Part shown: one piece after another, positions 29,553-39,017 of the stretch
Layout: the number at the start of each line of letters is the position of its first letter
How positions within the stretch are numbered: the first letter of the stretch is position 1
Origin: an uncultured Gammaproteobacteria bacterium
GTDB taxonomy: Bacteria > Patescibacteriota > Microgenomatia > Levybacterales > UBA12049
Direction: 5' to 3'
DNA: 64,000 nt
NCBI GenBank assembly: GCA_964503265.1
Contig: CAZCYO010000002.1
Span: 130,604 to 194,603 of the forward strand
The notes under the pieces: model-generated
What the model was told of the DNA's origin: nothing
Database searches by the model: none
Seen by the model: only the letters and a program-made list of their open reading frames with translations
Translations under genes and position numbers: made by a program

Positions 29553-31046
29553 ATGCTGCCTCGTAAACTTTGCTTTGTTGACTTAGAAACCACTGGTGGA
29601 TCATCTAGCCATGATCGTGTGATTGAAATTGGGATGGTTCGAGTAGAAGACGGAATTATTACGAAAGAGTACCAGTCCCTCATCAATCCCGAAAAACATA
29701 TTCCTCCAGAAATTGAAAGACTAACAGGAATCACTGAACGAGATGTAGAAAAAGCTCCTCTTTTTTATGAGATTAAGGATGAAATTTTAGAGACACTTGA
29801 AGATTGTTTCTTCGTCGCACATAATGTGCGCTTTGACTATGGATTCTTAAAAAGTGAATTCGCTCGGCTTCACATGCCATTTTCACCAAAACATTTCTGT
29901 ACGGTAAAACTGTCCCGCCTCCTCTATCCAACAGAAAGACATCATAATCTCGATGCTGTTATGACACGTACGGGAATCTCATGTGAGAATCGCCATCGTG
30001 CATTTGATGATGCGAAGGTGCTGCATGAATTTTTCCAACATTCACTCAAACAATTCCCTCTCACTGTTTTAGAAAAAGCCGTAAGTATCGCGATGAAAAA
30101 ACCATCTCTCCCGACCAAACTTAATCAAATTGATCTCGACAAACTTCCAGAAGCACCCGGGGTTTATATTTTTTATGGAAAATCCGAATCTCAAAGTTCG
30201 AAATTCGAACTTAAGGAACCACTGGTTCCTTTATATATCGGTAAAAGTATTAACCTTCGGGAACGTGTACTTTCACATTTCGCAGCAGACATCCGAAATA
30301 GTACGGAGATGAAAATAACTCAACAAATAGAACATATCGACACCATTCAGACAGCGGGTGAACTGGGAGCGCTCTTCACTGAATCTGCCATGATTAAAAA
30401 AATGCTTCCTCTCTATAATAAAATGCTTCGCCGAAAACAAGAATTAGTTGCGATAAAACATACCGTAGATGAGCATGGGTATGAAACAACGTATTTAGAG
30501 CCAATACATACAGTAGATCCGCAAGAGTTTTCAACGTTTCTTGGTTTTTTTCGCTCACGAAAACAGGCAAAAGACTATTTAACAACGGTAGCAAAAGAGC
30601 ATACTCTTTGTGAAAAATTGCTTGGACTAGAAAATACGAAGACTGAGTGCTTTAACTACCGTCTAGAACGCTGTAGAGGCGCTTGTATGGCACGTGAACT
30701 TCCTATCGCATACAATATGCGGTTTGTCTTGGCATTCTCTGGTATGAAAGTGAAACCATGGCCATTTACTGGACCCATTATGATTGAGGAAAAAAATGAT
30801 TGGTCAGGGAAAAGCGAGTATTTCTTAATAAAAGATTGGTGTTATTTAGGCAGTATTATATATGATGAGGATGGAACAGAGAAAAAAACGATGACTAATA
30901 CTTTGGAATTTGATGTAGATATATATAAAATCCTTCTTAGATTTATGCAATCTCCGAAAAATCTAAAAACAATCAAACATCTTTCCAAAGAACAGGCATC
31001 AGATTTAGAATCACAACTGTCATCTAAGAGGTTACTTCCTTCTTAA
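29553..31046 (+). CDS. DEDDh (DnaQ-like) 3'-5' exonuclease fused to a GIY-YIG nuclease domain (Cho-like architecture)
   Basis: N-terminal CFVDLETTGG...HNVRFDYGFL...HRAFDDAKV exonuclease motifs I-III; central GVYIFYGKSE...LYIGKSINLRERV GIY-YIG motif. ATG at 29553 preferred over the TTG at 29535. Confidence 0.7.
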   Translation: MLPRKLCFVDLETTGGSSSHDRVIEIGMVRVEDGIITKEYQSLINPEKHIPPEIERLTGITERDVEKAPLFYEIKDEILETLEDCFFVAHNVRFDYGFLKSEFARLHMPFSPKHFCTVKLSRLLYPTERHHNLDAVMTRTGISCENRHRAFDDAKVLHEFFQHSLKQFPLTVLEKAVSIAMKKPSLPTKLNQIDLDKLPEAPGVYIFYGKSESQSSKFELKEPLVPLYIGKSINLRERVLSHFAADIRNSTEMKITQQIEHIDTIQTAGELGALFTESAMIKKMLPLYNKMLRRKQELVAIKHTVDEHGYETTYLEPIHTVDPQEFSTFLGFFRSRKQAKDYLTTVAKEHTLCEKLLGLENTKTECFNYRLERCRGACMARELPIAYNMRFVLAFSGMKVKPWPFTGPIMIEEKNDWSGKSEYFLIKDWCYLGSIIYDEDGTEKKTMTNTLEFDVDIYKILLRFMQSPKNLKTIKHLSKEQASDLESQLSSKRLLPS

Positions 31047-31249
31047 CGAGCACTTCCAGAAGCGCTTACTTGTGTGACAGCAGAACCACCATTTGATACA
31101 ACCATTTGACCAGTTAAGAGAACGACCACAATCATAACGATAAATGCTCCACTTGCTAAGATAATCATTGTTAAATCATCTGTTCCATGTCCCATGTGTT
31201 TTAAATGTCCTCCACTAGTAGTAGCTTTTTTTACAACTTTCTTTTTCAT
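31043..31249 (-). CDS. small membrane protein with His-rich N-terminal segment (GGHLKHMGHGTDD) and one TM helix
   Basis: 68 aa; strong SD GGGAGGUGA 6 nt upstream; sits directly behind conserved leader copy 1. Confidence 0.45.
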   Translation of the reverse strand: MKKKVVKKATTSGGHLKHMGHGTDDLTMIILASGAFIVMIVVVLLTGQMVVSNGGSAVTQVSASGSAR

Positions 31250-31410
31250 ATCTATTCACCTCCCTTCACCTTGATTATTTCTTAAATTACTATTTCAAGG
31301 GATGTCGCAACGTCTTTAGATTTGCGACGCTTTCACCTTAATTATTTAATCTATAAATAGTAAGTGATGCCGAAATAGTACGAAAGTACTTTTTGGCGCC
31401 TCTTCCTACA
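31250..31410 (-). promoter_or_regulatory. conserved ~160-nt 5' leader, copy 1 (candidate cis-regulatory RNA or riboswitch-like element)
   Basis: About 93% identical over ~160 nt to 45442..45602; both copies abut a minus-strand start codon. Contains a duplicated module AAUAAUYAAGGUGAARG(G) carrying the SD. Confidence 0.5.
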
Positions 31411-31548
31411 GTAATAATAATCTATATATTTAGCATACAATACTGACTGAGGAGGTTGTCAAGAATTAATTGAATATGTTACCTTTTCAATCTCGTCGAA
31501 GAAGATAAATGTATGAAGGAAACTAAACGCTCATTTCTAAATGCTAGC

Positions 31549-32325
31549 TTAATAGGAGACCCATTTGCTCACGCGAGCTTCTGATTGTAGTTTTTGTACA
31601 AATGGTTGAATCTTATCATTCAATTTTTGCTGACGAAGACTTTCTTTAATTTGGGTAGAAAGTGTTGCTGGATCTGTTCCTTCAGGAAGAGATGCTTTGT
31701 TTTTCTCCATGTAGTCTTTTACTTCTGCATCAGAAATAGTAACAGGTCCTACCATTTTCTCGAGAAGTTTTTGGTATCTGACCTGATCTTTAAGATCGTT
31801 CATTGACATATTTGCACTAGTTAATGCATCAGTAAGTTTTTGACCTTGAGTACTGAGTCTTTTTTCGATGTTTTTAATTTCTGCATCTACATCAGCATTT
31901 GAAACTGTCACATGTTTTTTGCGTGCTTCTTGAGCGATGAGTGTTTTTGTAACGAGTGTGTTAAGTGCATTTGCTCCACCTGATTTTTCAAGTTCTTTAA
32001 TAACTGCTAATCGACTAATAGGCTGTCCATTAACTGTAGCAGCAACAAACCAACTACGTGTAAGATAGAGCGCAGCAAGGACGACAAATACTACACCAGC
32101 AATAACAATATATGATCTTTTTATTTGTAATGCTCGTCGAGCTTTTGGAGTTTTTGCTGATTCTGTCATAACTGGAGTTTCTACTGTTTCTGACATTGTT
32201 TCTTTTGTACGAGACGCTGTTCTACTTCGAGAAGGTGTAGTCGATCTAGTAGCTGGTGCTTTTCTGGTAGCAGTTGCTGGAACTGTTCTTTTTGTAGTAG
32301 ATGTGGAAGATTTCGTATTTGCCAT
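31549..32325 (-). CDS. hypothetical membrane-anchored periplasmic protein (SurA-N/PrsA-like chaperone domain suspected)
   Basis: Basic Thr/Ser/Arg-rich N-terminal tail, one TM helix, then a helical domain; no PPIase motif. Confidence 0.4.
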   Translation of the reverse strand: MANTKSSTSTTKRTVPATATRKAPATRSTTPSRSRTASRTKETMSETVETPVMTESAKTPKARRALQIKRSYIVIAGVVFVVLAALYLTRSWFVAATVNGQPISRLAVIKELEKSGGANALNTLVTKTLIAQEARKKHVTVSNADVDAEIKNIEKRLSTQGQKLTDALTSANMSMNDLKDQVRYQKLLEKMVGPVTISDAEVKDYMEKNKASLPEGTDPATLSTQIKESLRQQKLNDKIQPFVQKLQSEARVSKWVSY

Positions 32326-32383
32326 TATTTAGCTATTATAGGGCGGGATTTTTTTAATTGCAATAAGTAATTTTACTATGTCG

Positions 32384-33550
32384 TTATTGCGATGGAGCCG
32401 CGTCAAGTACAGCACTAACCTCTACTGTCTTTCCATCTCGATATAGGGTTAATTTGACAGTATCTCCGACTTTTTTACGAGCAATAAATTTCGAGAGTTC
32501 ACCACTATCTGCTACGACTTTTTGCCCATCAAATTGTGTAATCACATCTCCACGTTCTACTCCAGCTTTATCAGCAGAAGAAGAAGGAACAACTGATTCG
32601 ACGTACGCTCCAACTGCTAAATCATAACGAATCGCCATGTCTTTAGTAAGCATTCGATATGATACACCAAGGAACGGTCGATTAAACTGTCCATTATCAT
32701 TAAAGTTTTTAATGGACTCTTTAACAGTATTAATTGGCATGGCAAATCCGATATTCTGACCACTTTGAGAAACAGCAGTGTTTACGCCAATTACTTGTCC
32801 ACTTGAGTTAATCAGTGGTCCCCCACTATTTCCAGGGCTGATAGCAGCATCCGTTTGAATAACATTATCGAGTTGTTCCACAAAACCTTCAAATGGAGAT
32901 CCTGCTGTGATTCCACGACCAAGTCCTGAGATAATCCCACTGGTAACTGATCCATTAAATTCTCCAAGCGGCGTGCCGATAGCAACTGCCAATTGCCCGA
33001 CTTGAAGCTTTCCTGAGTCCCCCAGATCAACTGGTGGAAGTGAATCACCACTACCAGGTGTGATTTTTAAAATCGCGATGTCGTTAGTTGGATCCCTATA
33101 GATTTTCTCTACATCATATTTTTTATTTGCACTCGTTATGACTTGGTACTTAGACGATGTGTCAGCAACCACGTGTTTATTGGTGACGATGATACCATCT
33201 TTTGTAATGATAAAGCCTGAGCCGATATTTTGTGGTTCAGTTGGATTAGGCTCAGTTTGTTGCTGCTGTGGTGGGACGGAAAAACCGAAGAATGAGAACG
33301 GATCGTTGGTACTATTCTGACTAATAAGACTTGTCGCTGCGATAGTCACGACAGATGGACTAACTTTCTTTACCACATTAATTACGACTGATTCTTCAGA
33401 AACGACTTTTACGTTTTGGGTATTTCCGCCACCTGCGAAGAATGATGATTCTGATGCAGTTTTACGAAGTTGAGGAATATACCGCTGCGCAGCACTAAGG
33501 CCAGCTAAAACGATAAGTAATGCGATAATAAGAAGAACTAGTTTACGCAT
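32384..33550 (-). CDS. htrA: HtrA/DegP-family serine protease with PDZ domain
   Basis: Catalytic triad context ...TNKHVV..., ...DIAILK..., GNSGGPLINSSGQVIGVNTAV; C-terminal PDZ. Confidence 0.85.
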   Translation of the reverse strand: MRKLVLLIIALLIVLAGLSAAQRYIPQLRKTASESSFFAGGGNTQNVKVVSEESVVINVVKKVSPSVVTIAATSLISQNSTNDPFSFFGFSVPPQQQQTEPNPTEPQNIGSGFIITKDGIIVTNKHVVADTSSKYQVITSANKKYDVEKIYRDPTNDIAILKITPGSGDSLPPVDLGDSGKLQVGQLAVAIGTPLGEFNGSVTSGIISGLGRGITAGSPFEGFVEQLDNVIQTDAAISPGNSGGPLINSSGQVIGVNTAVSQSGQNIGFAMPINTVKESIKNFNDNGQFNRPFLGVSYRMLTKDMAIRYDLAVGAYVESVVPSSSADKAGVERGDVITQFDGQKVVADSGELSKFIARKKVGDTVKLTLYRDGKTVEVSAVLDAAPSQ

Positions 33551-33646
33551 AAAAACAGTATAGCATAGGTATACAACCCTAATCTGAAAAAATGCTTAAA
33601 AAATAAAAAGGTCGTAAGAGCTATTTGTTATTGGACGAGGGAGGAA

Positions 33647-35242
33647 TTATGCGGCACGGGTTAGACCAAGTGCAGCTCCTAACTTTCTCCAAAGAGACAT
33701 TGGTTTTGCTTGTAGAACTTCAACTTGTGGAGCAGTTTTATCTGCGTTGTGGATAGATATATATGCTGCAGTATCTGGAGCTGAGACTTCTTGAGGTTCT
33801 GTTTGGACGGCTCTTCCAGCGAGTGAAACAATTGGTTGCAGACGCCCTGCCTCGCTTTGAAATGATAGTATTTCGTCTGCAGCTAGGTCTGTTTCAGTCG
33901 GCAGTACGGGAGGGTTTTCTCCATCTGTCACGTGAGATTCTCCTTCAGTTACTGGAGTACTCGGTTCTCTAAGGAGTAGATCATTTCCAGGTTCTGTAAT
34001 ATCAGGTTCTATAGATACTGTATCTGGGTACATTCCGGCAAGTTCAATTGGATCTAGATTATCAATGTGAAAAGAGTCATCAACCTCCTCAGGAATTTGT
34101 GAAGTGGGCTGTTCTGAAAGAGTGGTTACTGGTTGTGGACTCCCCAAGACGGGTTCAAGCGTGATTGGGTTATTCATCGGGTCGTCCATGGTTTGTTCTT
34201 CAGAAGGTAATGGTACTACATTACGAGAACCCCCAATTAAACCATCAAGCATACCTCGCACAAGATCGCTTCTCCTTTGTGCTGCTGCAACATAATCAAT
34301 GGGAGGAGCTGATTCTCTTACTTGAGCCACGGGGCTTGGTACATGTACTTCTGGAACAGCCACAGATAAATCGGGCTGCATAGCATCTCTGCGTGCTGAT
34401 TCTCTCATTGCGGCTACATATGGTTTGCCAGAAGATCTAATAGATCTAGCAGTTGATCCAGGTCTTGTTCTTCCAAGCGTTAATGTATCTACTGGTTGAA
34501 CTTTTTCATCTACCTTATCAAGTACACCTTGAATTGTCTTTTCAGGAATTGTCAGATCCGCAATATCTGCTCTGACAAGTGGATTTGGCACTACTAATTC
34601 TCGCTCGTTCATAAGAGCAAGCTTTGCCTGATCCATAAATTTATAGGCATCACTATCTGCATTTTCTGACATCGCACGAGCAAAAAGAGTAGCCATTCTC
34701 TTCGCCTCATGATCGACAAGACCTTCTCTGTTCTTGTTACGAAGAAGGGGTTTACTATTTTCCCACAGATAGTCTCTATCCGTCTGTAGTTCACTTCTTA
34801 AGGCTTCATTACCTCCCTGAGTCGCTGCTGTAATATCTTCATCAAGCTGTCTAAGAATATAATTGAGTGGAACATTACGTCTGATACTTTTTCTGTTTCC
34901 TTCTGCATCTTTAAATGAGTAATATCTGGGTTTCTCTCCCCAATTTGAAGCTTCGAGTTCTGTATGTGTCGCTACAAATCCCATTCGATCCTCATCGCTG
35001 AGGTTTCCTTCCGCTCTTTTTATATCGTAGGCTTCTTCATATCGTTTGGCGGCTTTTTGGAAAATTCGAATGATTTTAGGTTTCTCACCTATTTCGGGTT
35101 GAGGAAGATTTTCTGCAACAGGCATGAGAAGAGGTGCTTCAACGGGAGATGGGACAGGAGATATTTCTTGCATACATTTACTGTACCAAGAGTTGAACTG
35201 CTTTTTCAAGCTGTGTATCGTGACTTGGGTCTTTTGGATCAA
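33647..35242 (-). CDS. large hypothetical protein (no recognisable domain)
   Basis: 531-aa ORF. The first 64 nt overlap ctpA, so the real start is probably the Met at 35173 (MQEISP...). Confidence 0.4.
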   Translation of the reverse strand: MIQKTQVTIHSLKKQFNSWYSKCMQEISPVPSPVEAPLLMPVAENLPQPEIGEKPKIIRIFQKAAKRYEEAYDIKRAEGNLSDEDRMGFVATHTELEASNWGEKPRYYSFKDAEGNRKSIRRNVPLNYILRQLDEDITAATQGGNEALRSELQTDRDYLWENSKPLLRNKNREGLVDHEAKRMATLFARAMSENADSDAYKFMDQAKLALMNERELVVPNPLVRADIADLTIPEKTIQGVLDKVDEKVQPVDTLTLGRTRPGSTARSIRSSGKPYVAAMRESARRDAMQPDLSVAVPEVHVPSPVAQVRESAPPIDYVAAAQRRSDLVRGMLDGLIGGSRNVVPLPSEEQTMDDPMNNPITLEPVLGSPQPVTTLSEQPTSQIPEEVDDSFHIDNLDPIELAGMYPDTVSIEPDITEPGNDLLLREPSTPVTEGESHVTDGENPPVLPTETDLAADEILSFQSEAGRLQPIVSLAGRAVQTEPQEVSAPDTAAYISIHNADKTAPQVEVLQAKPMSLWRKLGAALGLTRAA

Positions 35243-36455
35243 GTGTCACAGGATAATCTGGAATTAAGCCGGCTCCATCTTTACCATTTCCAACCCATGT
35301 ACCGTTCGGGGTAAGCCATTTTGCGATCGTGACGTGAATCCCTGCTCCCCCACCCAAATCCTCAGCTTGCTGTACAGTTCCTTTTCCAAATGATTTTTCA
35401 CCGACCAGTTTTGCTCGATTGTGATCTCTAAGCGAGCCAGATAAAATCTCACTTGCTGATGCAGACCCACCATTAATAAGAACAACAACTGGCATATCTG
35501 TGAGTAATCCCTGGCGAGATACAGGAAGAATCGTGCGTTGACCTTGGCCGTCTTCCTGCATAACGATTGTACCGTTTGTAATAAATTCTGACGCGATATA
35601 TACGGCATCAGTTAAATAGCCTCCAGGATTATTGCGGACATCGACGATCACACCTTTTAGATTTGGGTTCTGCTTTCGTTCAAGTTCAATTTTATTTGTT
35701 AATCCTACCCATTCCTGATTTGTGTTATCGCCGAATTGTCCGATGTGAATATACGCTATTTCATCATTTTCATTTCCTTTTACAGAATCTTTATTAATCT
35801 CTGAAATATCTTTCGTTTTTTTAATCCAACTTACAACACTTTTAACAGTAATATCATCTCGAATAATGTCGATTTGGGAGACTTTCTGTTCATTCTTATG
35901 GACAACCGTGAGAGATACTTTTGTTCCTTTTTCACCACGGATTTTCTCAACCGTCTGATTTAAATTCCATCCACTCGTCATAACGTTATTTACTTTAACG
36001 ATTGAATCCCCTGCTTTTATCCCGGCCTTTTGTGCTGGACTGCCTTCAAGTGGAGCGACCACAATGATTTGATTTCCTTTCATACCAAGTTCAGCACCAA
36101 TTCCTTGGAACTTCCCTGATAAGCCTTGTTTGAAATCACTATTTTGTGCTGGAGGAAGATACATCGTATATGGATCATCAAGTGAGGAAACCATACCTGA
36201 GATAGCACCATTTAACAGCTTCTGAGCGTCGATTTTCGTTTTATCATAATAACCATCCTGAATTTTCTGGAGAACAGACCAGAACATGGTTAAATCGAGG
36301 TTGGTTACTCCAGGAGGTGGGTCTTTACTAACGACATTAACACTTGGATGATAGTTTTTCCAACTATAATTAATTTTTGTGACTCCGACATAATAGCCAA
36401 GTAATGCCGCGATAATCACGATAACAATCGTTCGAAGTGTCTGTGGTTTTATCAT
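35178..36455 (-). CDS. ctpA: S41-family C-terminal processing peptidase (CtpA-like) with PDZ domain
   Basis: N-terminal TM helix, PDZ, and S41 catalytic region ...NPGGYL...VVLINGGSASASEIL... Confidence 0.8.
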   Translation of the reverse strand: MIKPQTLRTIVIVIIAALLGYYVGVTKINYSWKNYHPSVNVVSKDPPPGVTNLDLTMFWSVLQKIQDGYYDKTKIDAQKLLNGAISGMVSSLDDPYTMYLPPAQNSDFKQGLSGKFQGIGAELGMKGNQIIVVAPLEGSPAQKAGIKAGDSIVKVNNVMTSGWNLNQTVEKIRGEKGTKVSLTVVHKNEQKVSQIDIIRDDITVKSVVSWIKKTKDISEINKDSVKGNENDEIAYIHIGQFGDNTNQEWVGLTNKIELERKQNPNLKGVIVDVRNNPGGYLTDAVYIASEFITNGTIVMQEDGQGQRTILPVSRQGLLTDMPVVVLINGGSASASEILSGSLRDHNRAKLVGEKSFGKGTVQQAEDLGGGAGIHVTIAKWLTPNGTWVGNGKDGAGLIPDYPVTLDPKDPSHDTQLEKAVQLLVQ

Positions 36456-37219
36456 CTTAATAATACTACTACTTTTTCACTACCATTTACAAACACTTTT
36501 TTTTCTTTGTGTTTTTTTACCTTATCGAACAATTCTTTTTCAAGCATAACAAGTGGTACTGTTTTCTCTTTATCAGCAAAATAGACAAGATCAGGCTCAG
36601 TAATTTCTTCAACTATCATTCCAACAACTCCAATACCAAGTGCTTTCATCAGGAGTTCTCGTGTTACTTTCTCACTCACCACAATCTTTCCTATCGCATC
36701 TGCATCGAGTCGATACAGTAAGTCTTCATCTTTTTTCCCTTCAAGGATATACATGTCACCCGAGACAGCTTTCCCTGAGCCTCTACTCGCAGCTAAGACA
36801 TTCTTATCAGTTTTAAGAATAATTTGCGAATCATCGACAGAAAGTACTGTCCCTTCAACTGGCGCTACTATGGTATCGCCAATTTTCTCAGCCTCTTCAC
36901 TTTTCGTCGGTGCGATAATGAGCTTCCCTGTATTTCGCTCGTAGCGAATAATCGTTCCAGCTACTTTACTTTGGACTTGAATGCTTGAGAAAAAGCCAGA
37001 TTTTACCGCAAGTGCCTCCCCTACTTCGACCGTCTCACCAGGATTTTTCTTCAACATTTTCGCCACTTTAAGGGGATTTGTTTCGAGCTTTTCTGCCAGA
37101 TTGATCGCTTCTTCACTAACAGCATCATACGTAGCAAGCGTATCACCAACAGTTACAGTAGTACCGGGAGTAATTGTCGTCGTAAAACCAGTTGGAATAA
37201 GGACAGGCAGTTCAGTCAT
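36452..37219 (-). CDS. hypothetical protein
   Basis: 255-aa soluble ORF; its stop overlaps the ctpA start by 4 nt. Confidence 0.4.
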   Translation of the reverse strand: MTELPVLIPTGFTTTITPGTTVTVGDTLATYDAVSEEAINLAEKLETNPLKVAKMLKKNPGETVEVGEALAVKSGFFSSIQVQSKVAGTIIRYERNTGKLIIAPTKSEEAEKIGDTIVAPVEGTVLSVDDSQIILKTDKNVLAASRGSGKAVSGDMYILEGKKDEDLLYRLDADAIGKIVVSEKVTRELLMKALGIGVVGMIVEEITEPDLVYFADKEKTVPLVMLEKELFDKVKKHKEKKVFVNGSEKVVVLLR

Positions 37220-37323
37220 ACATGAGTTATTCGTTATTAGCTAAGAATAAACAATATATCAAGGATAATATATTTTGAAGGAGAATACAAATTACCTAAG
37301 AAAAAAAGACTGACAAGAGGAAA

Positions 37324-37566
37324 TTACTCTGTAACCACAAAAGGCATGAGCGCTAAGTGACGAGCATATTTAATCGCTGTCGTCATTCGTCGCTGATGAA
37401 GCGCGCAAATACCATTTCGACTTCGTGGAATGATTCTGCCACGATCGTTTGTAAATCGCTGAAGAGCTGCTACATCTGTGTACCAAGGTGTTTTTTTCTC
37501 AGTACAAAAATAGCAGTCTTTAGGGACCTGTATTTTTCTAATTGTTCGCATCGGTTTTTTATTCAT
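37324..37566 (-). CDS. rpsR: 30S ribosomal protein S18
   Basis: ...CYFCTEK...RFTNDRGRIIPRSRNGICALHQRRMTTAIKYARHLALMPF. Confidence 0.9.
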   Translation of the reverse strand: MNKKPMRTIRKIQVPKDCYFCTEKKTPWYTDVAALQRFTNDRGRIIPRSRNGICALHQRRMTTAIKYARHLALMPFVVTE

Positions 37567-37577
37567 AATTCTAACTC

Positions 37578-38051
37578 CTAGAAGGGAATATCATCTGGCA
37601 TCACTTCTTCAGTTGGTGCTTGAGTATGCATTTCCTCTTCTTCTTTCTTTGGCGCTGCTTTTTTAGCTGGTGCTGAAGATGTTACTTCTTCATGCATTTC
37701 TGCTTTCTCGCCTGCTCCTTTATTATCAAGAAGAATCATATCATCAATCACTACTTCTGTGCGTGATCGCTGTTGATTATCTTGAGTCGTCCAGTTTCGG
37801 GTTGAAAGTCGTCCTTCGACATAGACTTTTCTTCCTTTCACTAAGAACTGACTACAAAGTTCAGCCAATTTATTCCAAGCAACTATATTATGGAACTCAG
37901 TTTCATCGTGTTTTTCACCGGTATCTGTCGTCCAAGAACGATTGGTCGCAAGACCGAATGAACATACTGCTGCACCGGTAGGTGTGTAGCGAAGTTCAGG
38001 ATCTCGCGTGAGATTTCCGATAAGTTGAACTCGATTAAGACTTCGTGCCAT
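37578..38051 (-). CDS. ssb: single-stranded DNA-binding protein
   Basis: OB-fold MARSLNRVQLIGNLTRDPELRYTP... and acidic C-terminal tail ending DDIPF. Confidence 0.9.
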   Translation of the reverse strand: MARSLNRVQLIGNLTRDPELRYTPTGAAVCSFGLATNRSWTTDTGEKHDETEFHNIVAWNKLAELCSQFLVKGRKVYVEGRLSTRNWTTQDNQQRSRTEVVIDDMILLDNKGAGEKAEMHEEVTSSAPAKKAAPKKEEEEMHTQAPTEEVMPDDIPF

Positions 38052-38172
38052 ATCTATATAAACTCTAATTTCGAATATCGAAATCCGAAATAATATTTAA
38101 ATAATAATTCTCAAAACAGTTTTATTTTGATCGTTTTTATTTGTTTCGTATTTCGAGTTTCGTGCTTCGAAT

Positions 38173-38451
38173 TTATTTTACTCTAACGAGTAAATGTCGT
38201 AACACATTTTCGTTTCGTAATAATCGTGCTTCAAAATCAGATGGAACTGCATTTTCACCCTCAAGACGAAGCATGTGATACACACCTGCTACTTCTTTTT
38301 TAATTTTATAAGAAAGTGGCTTCTGGCCCCAATCTTCTTCTTTTGCGACGGTTAAATCCTTCACTAATGCTTTAATAGCATCAAGTGCTGTTTTTCGATC
38401 AGCATCTGTTAGTGATGTTTTTAACACTAATACTAGTTCATAGAGTCTCAT
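38173..38451 (-). CDS. rpsF: 30S ribosomal protein S6
   Basis: MRLYELVLVLK... S6 pattern; classic rpsF-ssb-rpsR order. Confidence 0.85.
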   Translation of the reverse strand: MRLYELVLVLKTSLTDADRKTALDAIKALVKDLTVAKEEDWGQKPLSYKIKKEVAGVYHMLRLEGENAVPSDFEARLLRNENVLRHLLVRVK

Positions 38452-38465
38452 ACGTGCTCATAATT

Positions 38466-39014
38466 TTACAATATCTGCGTGTTTGAAGCAAGTGGGAATA
38501 TATTTGGATAAAATCGCCATCTTCCGTCCTGAAATGCAGCTCGTTTAAATCCGATCGGGTTTTCAGGATAGATTTGACCATACTGAGGTTTGATAAGCCG
38601 TTTCTCAAGTGGCTCGATGCGTACAGTACCGAGTTTGGGTCGAGCGTGAATAAAATGCTCCTCATCGATCATAATTCCCACATGTGTCGGAAATGCCCCA
38701 CTCCAACTAAAAAAGACGAGATCACCTTTTTGCTTAAACTCTGGATGGATGGCAATCCCCCATTTATCCATATATTCATTTGCGTGCCTAATATCTGGTT
38801 CTGGAGCAAATCCGATATCTGTTAGAACTCTGGTGACGAGCCCTGAGCAATCAAATCCATCTTCACGAGTCATACCACGCTCAGGAGTCGTATATTTTTT
38901 CGTGGGAGCATCGAGGTAGGTGAGCGCTTGTCCTACAAAAAGATCTGCAAAGGTACGAGCATCTGTTTCATATCCTGGAGGATGGATATCTATTTTTCGT
39001 TCTGGGTGAGGCAT
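38466..39014 (-). CDS. NlpC/P60-family (C40) cell-wall peptidase
   Basis: Catalytic Cys context FDCSGLVTRV and downstream His (THVGIMIDEEHFIHA). Confidence 0.7.
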   Translation of the reverse strand: MPHPERKIDIHPPGYETDARTFADLFVGQALTYLDAPTKKYTTPERGMTREDGFDCSGLVTRVLTDIGFAPEPDIRHANEYMDKWGIAIHPEFKQKGDLVFFSWSGAFPTHVGIMIDEEHFIHARPKLGTVRIEPLEKRLIKPQYGQIYPENPIGFKRAAFQDGRWRFYPNIFPLASNTQIL

Positions 39015-39017
39015 ATA

